A DNA stretch of 59,853 bases, counting the filler. It is 6 parts of 6 records of this genome, joined end to end, with 100 filler letters (N's around TTAATTAATTAA, not from the genome) between each part and the next. Parts side by side here need not be neighbours in the genome. Positions count along the whole stretch, not along the records: positions 1 to 7,159 come from SRR2962707_2126; positions 7,260 to 15,528 come from SRR2962707_2127; 4 more parts are not named here. One strand, 5' to 3'. The number at the start of each line of letters is the position of its first letter. Position 1 is the first letter of the stretch. Made by a program: the position numbers and the translations under genes. Below are positions 1 through 12,100 of the stretch, piece after piece. The notes under the pieces are model-generated. The model was not told the DNA's origin, did no database searches, and saw only the letters and a program-made list of their open reading frames with translations.

Positions 1-188
1 GATCCTGAACATGTATGTCTTCCGGAACCTCACCGAGGTGAGAGAACTGACCGAGTCCTGGATGACAGAATACAACGATGAGCGCCCACACGATTCACTG
101 GAAGATCTGACACCATGGGAATACCTGGCGAAACACAAACGGGCGGAGAACTCTAATCAACGGTGCAACTGAAACAGGGATGTTTACA
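1..188 (+). mobile_element. Right end of an IS3-family insertion sequence (truncated by contig start)
   Basis: OrfB stop is followed by AACAGGGATGTTTACA, ending in the IS3-type terminal CA at 187-188. Confidence 0.8.
2..172 (+). CDS. IS3-family transposase OrfB, C-terminal fragment
   Basis: Frame from nt 2 reads ILNMYVFRNLTEVRELTESWMTEYNDERPHDSLEDLTPWEY...CN*; YNxxRPHxSL is the IS3 integrase-core C-terminal signature. Confidence 0.9.
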   Translation: MLNMYVFRNLTEVRELTESWMTEYNDERPHDSLEDLTPWEYLAKHKRAENSNQRCN

Positions 189-249
189 AGGGCGCTAGCC
201 AGCCGAGTGCGCGCCGATACCGGCCGGCGCTCAGAAATATCCAATACAT
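189..249 (-). pseudogene. 5' stub of a gene interrupted by the IS3 element (possibly the TolC/CusC-type second gene of the copper operon)
   Basis: GGAG RBS then ATG at 249; MYWIFLSAGRYRRALGWLAP runs straight into the IS end; identity inferred only from position after the CopL-like gene. Confidence 0.4.
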
Positions 250-322
250 GTGTCACTCCAACACGGATCATGGCGCGCAACGCGCCCTCAGTGGGCCCAG
301 ACCAGGCCGGACCCCGAAAAGA

Positions 323-679
323 TCAGTGAGAAAGTGCTAGTGGCGGTCGCCAGATGGTAGATAAGGCAAGGGGGAGATAGAGAGGGTCAGAAAAATGAGG
401 GGCAGCCGGATTTGCTGCCTGAAAAGAATTCGCCGGTGGCGTATTCATGATCGAGAGCTGCCCAGCATGGCACTCCTGACCAGGCTTGCAAACCGGGCCA
501 CTGTGCGTGCTGGATTGACCATCCAGACAACAATCGTTTTGTGGCATGGCGGACATCATGCTGCAACGGTCATCCATGTCTGCCTGCATCATGGTCTGTT
601 CCATGGGGCAAGGCTGCACCAATTGCACCGCTGCCATCCCGTACAAGGAGATGCTAAGCAGAAATAGGCAGCTAATGAA
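323..679 (-). pseudogene. CopL/DUF2946-like Cys/Met/His-rich metal-binding protein, 3' part (5' part at 5823-5848; split by the ISL3 element)
   Basis: CPM, CC and CxxxxxC motifs and C-terminal IWRPP; removing 680-5830 restores in-frame MFIARLFISCLFLLSISLYGMAAVQ... Confidence 0.8.
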
Positions 680-775
680 GGGTATCCGGATTATCTGGTT
701 GGTATGCGAGAGCTAAAGGTGGCCGACAAACTCAACCCACAACGGATTAGCTGGTTGATGGCTCGCTGAGTACGC

Positions 776-910
776 TCACTTGCTAGAGAGCAGATACTTC
801 ACCAAACAGGCGATGCCCAGGACCAGTAGCAATAGTAGGGCAATTCCGATCACTGGCATTATCCAGCCCATCGCCCCCATCATCCCGCAATCTGGTAGTG
901 TCGTGTTCAT
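776..910 (-). CDS. Small (44 aa) single-TM membrane protein downstream of merA
   Basis: GGGAG RBS; MNTTLPDCGMMGAMGWIMPVIGIALLLLLVLGIACLVKYLLSSK*; below the ORF-track cutoff. Confidence 0.6.
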   Translation of the reverse strand: MNTTLPDCGMMGAMGWIMPVIGIALLLLLVLGIACLVKYLLSSK

Positions 911-991
911 CGTGACAGGGCTCCCTGTGGTGTCCATGCCCAAAACCCGTGGTGCCGCCGCCCAGTGGCACCACGGTCGCGCTCATATCGT

Positions 992-2879
<1,888 letters not shown>

Positions 2880-2918
2880 GCTTATTCCTTCACCGTGACG
2901 GACAAGCTCGTAAACAAC

Positions 2919-2960
2919 TCACCCGATGACCGCGATGTGCAGCTGCTTGATGTCACTCAG
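2919..2960 (-). pseudogene. Relic 5' end of a short (NmerA-less) merA
   Basis: CTG-AGT-GAC-ATC-AAG-CAG-CTG-CAC-ATC-GCG-GTC-ATC-GGG-TGA = (L)SDIKQLHIAVIG*; HIAVIG is identical to the start of the merA catalytic core. Confidence 0.75.
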
Positions 2961-3210
2961 GGGGCGTATTCCTTGATTTGATAGAGCAGTTGTCACAACA
3001 GGCGTCGAACTGCTTCTTACGCCAAATCGCATAAATGGTCAGGCCGATGAAGAAGGCCAGGGCCGGCAATAACACAACGTCGAGATAGCCCGTCAGCGCC
3101 GCCAGGCCCACCGTGCCAAGCAGGATCACCAGGATCGGCGTAAAGCAGCACAATGCCACCAGGACGGTGCCGATCACGCTCACGCGCAGCAGGGTCTTGG
3201 GATTCTTCAT
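2953..3210 (-). CDS. merF: Mercury transporter MerF
   Basis: MKNPKTLLRVSVIGTVLVALCCFTP...DACC; both cysteine pairs present. Confidence 0.95.
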   Translation of the reverse strand: MKNPKTLLRVSVIGTVLVALCCFTPILVILLGTVGLAALTGYLDVVLLPALAFFIGLTIYAIWRKKQFDACCDNCSIKSRNTPPE

Positions 3211-3212
3211 GA

Positions 3213-3509
3213 TCACTCTCGATCCGCTTGCGAGGATGTCGGGGTTGATGGATACCCAGCGTTGGTGGTGGCCTCGGTCAATGCCTCCACCGACGTTCGG
3301 GCGTCGTCAAAGGTGACCACGGCCTCGAGATCCGCGTAGCTCACGTCGACTTGCGAGACGCCGTCCACCTTGTTGAGGGCGGCCTTGACGGTGATCGGGC
3401 AGGCGGCACAGGTCATGCCCGGCACCGACAGCTTCACGGTCTGCAAGGCCGCTAAGGCGGGCGTGCTGAGCAGGGCGAGTAGCGCGATGAAGGCGAAACG
3501 AGCTTTCAT
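3213..3509 (-). CDS. merP: Periplasmic mercury-binding protein
   Basis: Signal peptide plus GMTCAACPITVK. Confidence 0.97.
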   Translation of the reverse strand: MKARFAFIALLALLSTPALAALQTVKLSVPGMTCAACPITVKAALNKVDGVSQVDVSYADLEAVVTFDDARTSVEALTEATTNAGYPSTPTSSQADRE

Positions 3510-3522
3510 GGTAGATCTCCTT

Positions 3523-3873
3523 TTAATAGAACAAGGGCAAGACGTAGGGGAATACCAGGGCGATTAGCACCAGCAGCGATACGAGCCAGAAGATCGCCTT
3601 GTAGCCCGTCCTGACCCGTGGCACGGCACACACCTCTCCCGGCTGGCACTTTTCCACTGGCCGAAAGACGCGACGCCAGGCGAAGAACATCGCCACCAGC
3701 GCGACGCCGATAAAGAGCGGGCGATAGCGCTCCAGCGACGCCAGATTGCTGATCCAGGCGCCGGAAACGCCCAGCGTGATCAGAACCAGCGGGCCGAGGC
3801 AACACGCCGAGGCCAGGAGGGCCGCGACTCCTCCGGCGGCCAGGGGCCCTCGCCCCGTTTTAGATGTCCGCAT
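3523..3873 (-). CDS. merT: Mercury transporter MerT (116 aa)
   Basis: ASACCLGP and CQPGEVCA; ATG 3873 after AAAGGAGA. Confidence 0.97.
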   Translation of the reverse strand: MRTSKTGRGPLAAGGVAALLASACCLGPLVLITLGVSGAWISNLASLERYRPLFIGVALVAMFFAWRRVFRPVEKCQPGEVCAVPRVRTGYKAIFWLVSLLVLIALVFPYVLPLFY

Positions 3874-3910
3874 TGACGATTCTCCTTTCGGGATGGGGGG
3901 AGCTACGATA

Positions 3911-3941
3911 AGGTTACTTCCGTAGCTTGGTACGGAGTCAA
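3911..3941 (-). promoter_or_regulatory. MerR operator / merT promoter
   Basis: TTGACT-19 nt (CCGTACCAAGCTACGGAAG)-TAACCT with TCCGTA/TACGGA dyad; classic mer architecture. Confidence 0.93.
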
Positions 3942-3946
3942 GCATC

Positions 3947-4393
3947 ATGAAGAGACATGCAGATAAAGTGGCGGACACCATGACCATTGGCGGCCTGGCC
4001 AAGGCGGCCGGCGTCAATGTCGAGACAATCCGCTATTACCAGCGACGAGGGCTATTATCGGAGCCCGAACGACCTCCCGGAGGTATTCGACGCTATAGTG
4101 CCGCCGATATCGACAGGTTGACGTTCGTGAAAACGGCGCAGCAGCTAGGCTTTAGTCTGGATGAGATCAGTGACCTACTTCGGCTGGAAGATGGCGCCCA
4201 CTGTCAAGAAGCCAGTGCTCTCGCAGAGCACAAGTTAGGGGACGTTCGCGAGAAGATCGACAGGCTTGAAAGAATTGAGAAGGTGCTGAGCGAAATGGTC
4301 GACCGATGCCATGCACAACAAGGCAATATCACTTGCCCGCTAATTGCGTCATTGCATGAAGGGCTCAGAGAAGCAGAAGACCCAAGGGAGTAA
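3947..4393 (+). CDS. merR: Hg(II)-responsive regulator
   Basis: [27 protein letters not shown]; three Hg-binding Cys (HCQE, RCHA, TCPLI); divergent from merT. Confidence 0.97.
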   Translation: MKRHADKVADTMTIGGLAKAAGVNVETIRYYQRRGLLSEPERPPGGIRRYSAADIDRLTFVKTAQQLGFSLDEISDLLRLEDGAHCQEASALAEHKLGDVREKIDRLERIEKVLSEMVDRCHAQQGNITCPLIASLHEGLREAEDPRE

Positions 4394-4471
4394 CTCACCT
4401 TCAGTTCGTAGAAAACAACGCGGTCAAAGAGTCGCGATCATCTATAGACCATGTCGACAAGGAAAGTTTGC

Positions 4472-5773
4472 ATGACCAGCTTGCCTGACAACATCCTTCA
4501 CCTTCCCGAGTACCACGTCCTAGCCACCAAGATGGAAGAGCATGATCTCCACTACCAGGTTGAAGCTCCTGAGCCTCTAGCTTGCGAGGAATGCGGCGTT
4601 GAGAGTGAGTTTGTCAGGTTCGGTAAGCGCGATGTGGCCTATCGCGACCTACACATCCACGGAAAGCGGGTCACCCTCTGGGTGGTCCGTCGCCGCTACA
4701 CCTGCCGGGCGTGTGGAAGGACGTTCCGGCCAGCTCTTCCGGAAATGGTAGACGATCACCGCATGACGCGGAGGCTTTACAACCACGTCGAGAAGGAAGC
4801 CTTCAATCACCCCTACGCCTACGTGGCTGATACCACGGGCCTCGACGAGAAGACTGTCCGCGAGATATTCAAGAAGAAGGCTGAGTTCCTGGCAGCCTGG
4901 CATCGCTTCGAGACACCCCGCTGCCTGGGGATCGACGAGCTGTACCTGAACCGCCGCTACCGCTGCATCCTGACCAACCTGGAGGAGCGTACCCTACTGG
5001 ACCTGCTGCCCGGTCGCCAGCAGGACGCGGTGACGAGGCGCCTCATGAGCATGACCGAGCGCCACCAGGTCGAGATCGTCAGCATGGATATGTGGAAACC
5101 GTACCGCCGTGCTGTCCAGGCGGTGCTGCCGCAGGCTCGCATTGTGGTCGATAAGTTCCACGTCGTGCGAATGGCCAACGAGGCCTTGGAAAAGGTCCGC
5201 AAGGGGCTCAGGAAAAAGCTGACGTCCAACCAGCGCCGAACCCTCAAGGGTGACCGGAAGATCCTGCTGAAGCGCGCTCACGATGTCTCAGATCGCGAAC
5301 GGCTCATCATGGAGACCTGGACAGGGGCATTCCCCCAGCTCTTGGCGGCCTACGAGCACAAGGAGCGGTTCTTCCACATCTGGGACGCCACAACCCGGCG
5401 TGACGCCGAGAAGGCGCTGACTGCCTGGATTGACGACATCCCACAGGGGCAAAAGGAGGTCTGGAAAGATCTCGTCAGTGCTATCAGTGGCTGGCATGAG
5501 GAGATGCTGACCTACTTCGAGACCGACATCCCGATCACCAACGCCTTCACGGAGTCAATCAACCGGCTGGCCAAGGATAAGAACCGCGATGGCCGTGGCT
5601 ACTCATTCGAGGTGATGCGGGCCCGGATGCTCTACACCACCAAGCACAAGAAGAAGGTGCCGCAGACCAAGGAATCCCCCTTCCTGGGCAAGGCCACCAT
5701 GACCTACAGCATGGGTCTTCCCGAGCCTGAGATAAACTACGGCGTCGATCTATCAACCTTCTGGGAGAGTTAA
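4472..5773 (+). CDS. tnpA: ISL3-family transposase, ISPpu12-like
   Basis: MTSLPDNILHLP, CEECG...CRAC zinc finger, GIDE, SMDMW, VVDKFH, TESINR, NYGVDLST. Confidence 0.96.
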   Translation: MTSLPDNILHLPEYHVLATKMEEHDLHYQVEAPEPLACEECGVESEFVRFGKRDVAYRDLHIHGKRVTLWVVRRRYTCRACGRTFRPALPEMVDDHRMTRRLYNHVEKEAFNHPYAYVADTTGLDEKTVREIFKKKAEFLAAWHRFETPRCLGIDELYLNRRYRCILTNLEERTLLDLLPGRQQDAVTRRLMSMTERHQVEIVSMDMWKPYRRAVQAVLPQARIVVDKFHVVRMANEALEKVRKGLRKKLTSNQRRTLKGDRKILLKRAHDVSDRERLIMETWTGAFPQLLAAYEHKERFFHIWDATTRRDAEKALTAWIDDIPQGQKEVWKDLVSAISGWHEEMLTYFETDIPITNAFTESINRLAKDKNRDGRGYSFEVMRARMLYTTKHKKKVPQTKESPFLGKATMTYSMGLPEPEINYGVDLSTFWES

Positions 5774-5822
5774 GGGTTCGAAGGAGCAAGGGGGCTCCAT
5801 CTACCACTTAATCCGAATACCC

Positions 5823-5848
5823 CTAATGAATAACCGGGCAATAAACAT
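5823..5848 (-). pseudogene. 5' end (MFIARLFI) of the CopL-like gene split by the ISL3 element
   Basis: ATG at 5848 is in frame with 323-679 across the target duplication. Confidence 0.8.
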
Positions 5849-5885
5849 ATGGTGTCAGCATAGTCCGAAGTGATGTGCTGTAGGC

Positions 5886-5916
5886 AACATAAACCTTGGG
5901 GTAACCCCCATGTCAA
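5886..5916 (-). promoter_or_regulatory. CueR-type (MerR-family) promoter/operator of the copper operon
   Basis: TTGACA-19 nt-TATGTT with dyad ACATGGG-GGTTACC-CCAAGGT, resembling the CueR ACCTT-N-AAGGT box. Confidence 0.75.
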
Positions 5917-6124
5917 CGTTTAATATCGAGCTATATAACTATTGATCACCAGCTCTGCTCCCTCTGGCATGCTCTTCTCTACGCCACAGCCTTCAATAGC
6001 ATTACTTGATGAAGCGTGAAAGTGTCTCTCGATGCCATTCCAGGCGCCTGTTGGCATGCTGGGTACCGAGGCTTATGTCGACAGGTGGCGGCGTGGTTAA
6101 GAACTATAAAATCGACACTTTGAT

Positions 6125-6268
6125 CTATTGCGGTTGTAAGATGCCCTCGCTGATGCCAGCAAGAACCCCGCAAGCATCAACTTCACGGCCATCGTTGCAC
6201 CTCGCTCTCAGGGAAACGAGTTGCTTCTCAAGCGATTGCAAAGCCGTTATCTGCGACCGCGCATCAGC
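6125..6268 (-). pseudogene. 3' relic of a CadR/MerR-family regulator of the type carried by ISPpu12
   Basis: RSQITALQSLEKQLVSLRARCNDGREVDACGVLAGISEG; no HTH half upstream. Confidence 0.75.
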
Positions 6269-6419
6269 AGACTTCCTGTTATAAGCAACCTGTTGGCTTT
6301 ACACACCTAGAGAGTTAATCACAATGAGTTGGATTAAAGTTGAACGGGCTGAGCAAACCCCGTGGAACTTGATCACGGTCAACAGATCACGGATGAAGTC
6401 GCTTAAGGCGCCAGCTATG

Positions 6420-6640
6420 GCAAAATAGCCCCTACTCGAGGCTCCACGCCGATGGCCTAGGATTGCATGCCCAAAGATCCGGTAGGCAGGTATTTCCGTG
6501 CCCAGCTTCTCCTTCATCGTGGTTTTGACGTCGATTTCGATCAGCACCCCGAAGCAGTTATCCGTGAGAGACTGACGCGCTCGTTTGTCAACCGCCTCAA
6601 AATCAGCATCTTCTATGGTTCGATCAATAGTGTACGGCAC
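6420..6640 (-). pseudogene. DUF302-family protein, frameshifted and truncated
   Basis: FGVLIEIDVKTTMKEKLG..YRIF, then GACNP-like and AIGVEPRVGAILP pieces in other frames. Confidence 0.75.
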
Positions 6641-6649
6641 CAGCGATTA

Positions 6650-7159
6650 TTACTTAGGGCCAAGCTTGATAACTCGCAGGCGCAATGCATTCACAATCAC
6701 GCTGAAAGACGACAGCGACATTGCAGCAGCCGCGAAGATCGGTGAAAGCAGTATCCCGAAGAACGGGTACAAAACCCCCGCCGCAATCGGAACGCCCGCG
6801 GAGTTGTACACAAAAGCAAAGAACAGGTTCTGTCGGATATTGCGCATGGTCGCCAGCGACAGACGACGCGCTTCTACAATACCCATCAAGTCGCCGCGCA
6901 GCAGCGTAATGCCCGCGCTTTCGATGGCCACATCTGTGCCGGTGCCCATGGCCACCCCCACGTCCGCCGTTGCCAATGCAGGCGCGTCGTTAACGCCATC
7001 ACCCGCCATCACGACAACACCCCCTTCATCTTTCAGACGCTGGACGATCTTGCCCTTATCTTCCGGCAGTACCTCCGCTTCCACTTCATCGATATGCAAT
7101 TTGCGAGCAACCGCCTCGGCCGAGGTGTAGTTATCGCCAGTCAGCATGACCACTCGAAT
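6650..7159 (-). CDS. copA: Cu(I)-translocating P1B-type ATPase, C-terminal fragment
   Basis: [31 protein letters not shown] (YN and MxxSS are Cu+ signatures). Confidence 0.92.
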   Translation of the reverse strand: MRVVMLTGDNYTSAEAVARKLHIDEVEAEVLPEDKGKIVQRLKDEGGVVVMAGDGVNDAPALATADVGVAMGTGTDVAIESAGITLLRGDLMGIVEARRLSLATMRNIRQNLFFAFVYNSAGVPIAAGVLYPFFGILLSPIFAAAAMSLSSFSVIVNALRLRVIKLGPK

Positions 7160-7259
7160 NNNNNNNNNNNNNNNNNNNNNNNNNNNNNNNNNNNNNNNNN
7201 NNNTTAATTAATTAANNNNNNNNNNNNNNNNNNNNNNNNNNNNNNNNNNNNNNNNNNNN
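7160..7259. other. Artificial contig spacer
   Basis: N-run with TTAATTAATTAA (stops in all six frames); identical at all five joins. Confidence 0.99.
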
Positions 7260-7305
7260 TGAGTGAGTGAGTGAGTGAGTGTGGGTGTGTGCGTTCCTGT
7301 TCAAG

Positions 7306-8958
7306 ATGGAGAAAGAGCAGAATGCCGACACCCTGGATCACTACGCTGTCCTTGGCGTGCCACGCGATGCCAGTTCGAAGGATATCCGCAAAGCGTATCT
7401 TCGACTCGCTCGCGACAGGCATCCCGACAAGCCCGGTGGCAGCGAAGCAGCGTTCGTTCGTATCGCTGCCGCTTACGACGTGCTGTCGTCGCCAGAAAAG
7501 CGCCGTGAGTACGATATTTTGCTTCAGCAGCGAGCGAATCCGCAGGGCATGCCTTCGTTTTTTGGTGTCAATGATGGCGGTGACGATGGATTCGCCTCCA
7601 TCCTTCGTAGCTTGTTCCAAAAGTTCACAGAAAACCACTCGGCCTCCAGGGCCGACCAGGCGAGTGATGACGGAGTTCAATGGGGGTTCTTCCGCTCGCC
7701 GCCTGAAGGCGGAGGAGATCATGGTGTGTTTTGGCGAACTGCCGCAGATGGCAGGACGGCACCACATGTCGGTGTCCGTGCGATTCACACTCAAGTGCAG
7801 GTTACACTGGAGCAGGCTCAATTGGGGACGACGCTCAGTTTGGAAATTAATAGACGCTCGCTAGACTTTACACGAAACTCGCCTGGTGCTGCAACCAAAG
7901 AGTCAGCAGGTGATGAGGGTGACAATACCGAAAGCGATGTACCATCAATTGAGGTTGATGCGTGCTTGCAATGCGCTGGAGATGGTTACATTCGCCACGA
8001 TGCGCCCGACAGTGATAGCAGCCGGCCAACAGATCCGTTTCAATGGCGTGCCAACTCACCCCAATACAAATTGTGCTCTGCGTGCCGTGGTCGTGGATTT
8101 CTTGAGCCTCTTCTTGCAACGTCGCAAATGCACGTTCTGCAAGTGCAAATTCCAGCTGGTTGTCCGCATAAATTTCGAGCGACTTTCCAAAACGCTGGGC
8201 ACCAGTTTGTCCGCCGAGCCCCTGAGCCAACACCTTGTCCGAGTGCCTCGGACTCGAGCGCCAAGCGCCAAGATGACAATGGTCCCCCGCGCCTGCGACT
8301 GATTTTGCAGCGCGGCCCAGTGCACGTGATTGTTCATCTGCTTCCTCACCCGGTGTACGTTGCTGATGCACGTTTTTATCCGCACTTGGTGTGTGTGCAA
8401 CAGCTCTCTGTTGAACAAGCCCTTCGAGGGGTGGTGTTGACTTTGCCAAGCTTGGACTCTCCAAACCCATCGGCTCACCCTGAGGCGACTTCTACCAACC
8501 AAAGTTCTCCAACAATCACCGTTCGGTCGCCACCTGGAGAGCTGCTGCTGCGGCCTGGCTGTATGATGACCGCATTCGGTCTGGGCCGTGTTGCACACGG
8601 AAAGGTTCGAGGCACGACGTTGCTGCGAGGCAACTTGCACGTCCGTTTTGAGATTCAATTTCCAAAGTCGTGGCACAAGAGCCACCTCGAGGCTGCATGG
8701 GGGGCCGCCTCGCAGGAATCGGGCGACCACATGGGCACCAGCGAAGACATAGAGTATGCACTTCGGCGAGCGCTTGAATCACGGGGGCGCGATCCCTGTT
8801 CCATTGATCGATGTCCCAAGGCCGTCAGGACGAGGATGGATTCACACAGACCTGCGGCATATGTGACACTTGTACCATTTAGTCGACGTCATGCCCAAGC
8901 TTCGAGTCTCCATCCATTTCCGATACAGCCAGGAAGAGGGAAACAAAGCCGGCTGTAA
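7306..8958 (+). CDS. Eukaryotic DnaJ/Hsp40 co-chaperone (divergent type I/II)
   Basis: DHYAVLGV...RHPDKPGG J-domain; CLQCAGDG and CSACRGRG; QVQIPAG and RGNLHVRFEIQFP C-terminal motifs. Confidence 0.85.
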   Translation: MEKEQNADTLDHYAVLGVPRDASSKDIRKAYLRLARDRHPDKPGGSEAAFVRIAAAYDVLSSPEKRREYDILLQQRANPQGMPSFFGVNDGGDDGFASILRSLFQKFTENHSASRADQASDDGVQWGFFRSPPEGGGDHGVFWRTAADGRTAPHVGVRAIHTQVQVTLEQAQLGTTLSLEINRRSLDFTRNSPGAATKESAGDEGDNTESDVPSIEVDACLQCAGDGYIRHDAPDSDSSRPTDPFQWRANSPQYKLCSACRGRGFLEPLLATSQMHVLQVQIPAGCPHKFRATFQNAGHQFVRRAPEPTPCPSASDSSAKRQDDNGPPRLRLILQRGPVHVIVHLLPHPVYVADARFYPHLVCVQQLSVEQALRGVVLTLPSLDSPNPSAHPEATSTNQSSPTITVRSPPGELLLRPGCMMTAFGLGRVAHGKVRGTTLLRGNLHVRFEIQFPKSWHKSHLEAAWGAASQESGDHMGTSEDIEYALRRALESRGRDPCSIDRCPKAVRTRMDSHRPAAYVTLVPFSRRHAQASSLHPFPIQPGRGKQSRL

Positions 8959-9169
8959 CCTTTGGATAAGCTTTGCTGTTTATTTACCTCTAAAGAAAAA
9001 GAAACAAAGAAATCGGTCGCCTGCTACCTCGGGCTGTCGCTCAAACTGTGACGTTGCAATATGATTTGTAAAAACGTAGAACGACCCTGACGCGTTATTC
9101 AATCTGTTAATTTGTTTTACGATGCAGCTCACGTTGCCGACCCAACACTATTCTGAAACTTGAATCGTT

Positions 9170-12100
9170 TCATCTTTTTTTTCCTGTGACTCGCGGCACC
9201 TGATCAAGGCGGAAACGGCCGTGCAGTAATTCTTCCGTAAGATTGTACAGCGTATTTTGCAGGACTCGTTGGGCTACATCAATGCGCCAGGGGTCACCCT
9301 CTGCAGCGGGTTTCTCTGCAGCGTCGACACCAAAAGCGATGATGCTACGCTGCAAAGAGCTCGCTGTGGCCGCATCGGAGGCTGTCTCTAATTCTGTAAA
9401 CAGCGGAATCGGCATTCCTCGTGTTTTCTTCTGGAGGTCAAGGAGAGTCCGTTCGATGACTGGCTCTTGCACACACTCCCGCACCAAGTCGTTCTACAGC
9501 ACAGGATACAGGAACAAAGACTATCAGCGCCAAAGCTTGCTGAACATGCACCAACACTCACAACAAAGCACACCAAAAAGTATGCATTAAGGACAAAGTG
9601 CGCACCATGACCGTTGTGAGGAACCCACGATTCTGCTTGACAGCCCGGGGATCATCAGCTGTCTTTAGTGCGCGCGCATCATAAGCATCGCGCAGCGACT
9701 TGGCTGGGACCATGGACGAGTAGAACTCGTCAATATCTGTCGCATCAAAGAATTGCACATGCCACACTCGGGCGTGGAGCTGAATGGTCAAAGCCATAGC
9801 CTGGACACTTTCCGGCGCGTGAAAACCCGCGCCTGCCTCTTGCCCTCCGGCTTCGGCCCTGGCTTGCGCGCGTGCTTCAGCGCGCGCTGTTTCAGTAAGC
9901 ATTCGACTATTACCGACGGCCTCCGCCTGCATCCGGGAGGCTAACATGCGGCTTTGGTGATTCGCTGTTGTTGATGTAATCACCGACTGGCGGGTCTTCT
10001 TCTTTTTCTTTTGGGTTGATCCCGCCCCGACAGTTGAACCCATTTGTGACGTACCCAGCGACGCTGCAGTGTGCGACATGCGGGTCGTTGTCATGCTAAG
10101 TCCTCCATCAATTCCTGTTGTGCTGCCAGCTGCAGTATGGCCGGTGGCTCCAAAAGTTGTCTGTGGCATAGAAACTCCATCAGCCGACGAGATAACGTCA
10201 CGGTCGTGCAGCGACAAGTTGTGGCACGCGTCCAGATCCAGGCTTCCAGTATCAGGATCGATTGGCGCCACAACACAACGCAATTCAGTCAAATGAACAG
10301 CGCAGCTGGCAGCCTTGAGCGTGAAACGCACAACGACATGGCCTCCAGGTGGCAACTTGCCAGACGCTGGGTGCACCTTGACAAGGCCATCTCGCAGTGC
10401 GTAGTGACTAAGATCCCATGCAAAATGGCACGCCGTTGCAATGTCAGTCCCGGCAGCGCCGTCATCTGATGCAAGGCCCGAAAATGGTCCAGCAATACGG
10501 CCTGAGATGTTGCGTAGCACCACAACGCGTGTTGCTTTGGTGTTCACGGGGACCTCGCCAAAATTAACGCGATCGTGTGAGAAGACAATTGCCTGTCCGG
10601 GCGCCAGAACGGCCTGCTGAGGCGCAGGGCGTAGAGACGCTGCAGCCGCAGCGAGAACGTCTTGTTCCGGTTTCAAGCCTTCGCATTCCACGGCCAGCGG
10701 AATTCGCATCTTGACCATCTTTGTCAGTTTTACACGCTCCCCAACAGGCCGATAAGTGAGGCTGGTCTCAGCTCGATAGATTTTTTGCTCTAGGGGCTGG
10801 CATGCCCATTGAAGCTGATGACGACTGCGCGGCTCAATCACTCCTGACGGGTTGAGGCAGCGCAGCACTGGACAGCCATAGTTATCCCGTGCAAGGGCCT
10901 CAACAGGCGCCTCATCGATCTCATATTCTACGCTGACGTCACTGGCGTTGGTGAGCTCTTGATAAACCACAGGCACGTCTGGAGCAGGATGTCCGAAAGG
11001 GACTTTGCATCGGAGCACCGGCTCATCCACCGCCACGAGTGCAGCAGTCGTTTCAAGAGTAGTACCGGTCAACAACAACCGCACTGACTTGCCTTGCTTG
11101 ATTTTGAGCAGCACTGGAAGTTCGTGGATGCCACCTTCGCTGAGTGTGACGGGGTCCGTGGAAGTGTAGTTGTACTGAATGTACAGAGCCATTTCTTCGC
11201 CAGCTTCTAACCGGCCCTGTCGAGGGTGAACACGAAACAGACCCTTGCTAAGAATGGCTGCATGGCGGTTCTCCTCTTCGTTCGCTTCCCCTTTGTCAGC
11301 CCAGTTCTCCACCTCGATTTCCATGTCGGTGGGCAGCTTGAGCTCGAAGTCAACGAGGAGTTGCCCTGCATTGCGCAGCTTGAGCACAACAGTCGTTGAT
11401 GCTGAGTGCACGGGCCTTGGCGGGAATTCCCACCGATAGGCATCGAGCATGTTCGGGTCTTGGTCATTGCCTGTGGCGCGGTTGTAAGCCAAATCTGCTT
11501 CATCGAGACCCGATGTGAGCTTGGCATTCAGAGCATCCAGGTTGAATGTGTTGTGCAGAACTCGGGCGCTTACACCGCTGGATGAACGAATGTCATCCAC
11601 TGCTAGGCACGGGTGTCCGGCATTGCCCACGACATCACAGAACACGAGTGGGTTATTTTCGCGCATGCCGCGGACAGTGGCAACAGCTGGCGCTGGGCCA
11701 CTGTGAGCGTTGTCGGGCAACAATTCCCAAAACACACGGTACTTTCGTTGACCTTGCGATGCAGCGCGAAAGGTGACAATAGTGTCCTTCTTCGCATGAG
11801 CAGGGATCGTGCCTTCGGGATCTGAAAATTTGACCACGGGCTGAGCGGGCTTTTGCTTGCGCTTGCGTTTTGTCTGCGCATGGTCGTCGCTGCCCTTTTC
11901 TTCATTGTAGCGTCGCATTTCATCAGCTTCAACAATACCGTCGCCATCCGTGTCGATACCAGCTACGTCGTCAAGGGGCACGACTTGGAGCCGATACTTG
12001 ATATTGCAGTCACTATTGTTCCGCATCGACAGTGCCTTGCTGGACTTTGTGCCCAATAGAAGAGTTTCAAAGTCAACTACGGCTGGACTGAACTCGATGG

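Noticed and set aside
6061-6085. GGGTACCGAGGCTTATG… as the IR of an older ISL3 element near the cadR relic
   Set aside because: Match is limited to the first five bases; no partner end or target duplication found
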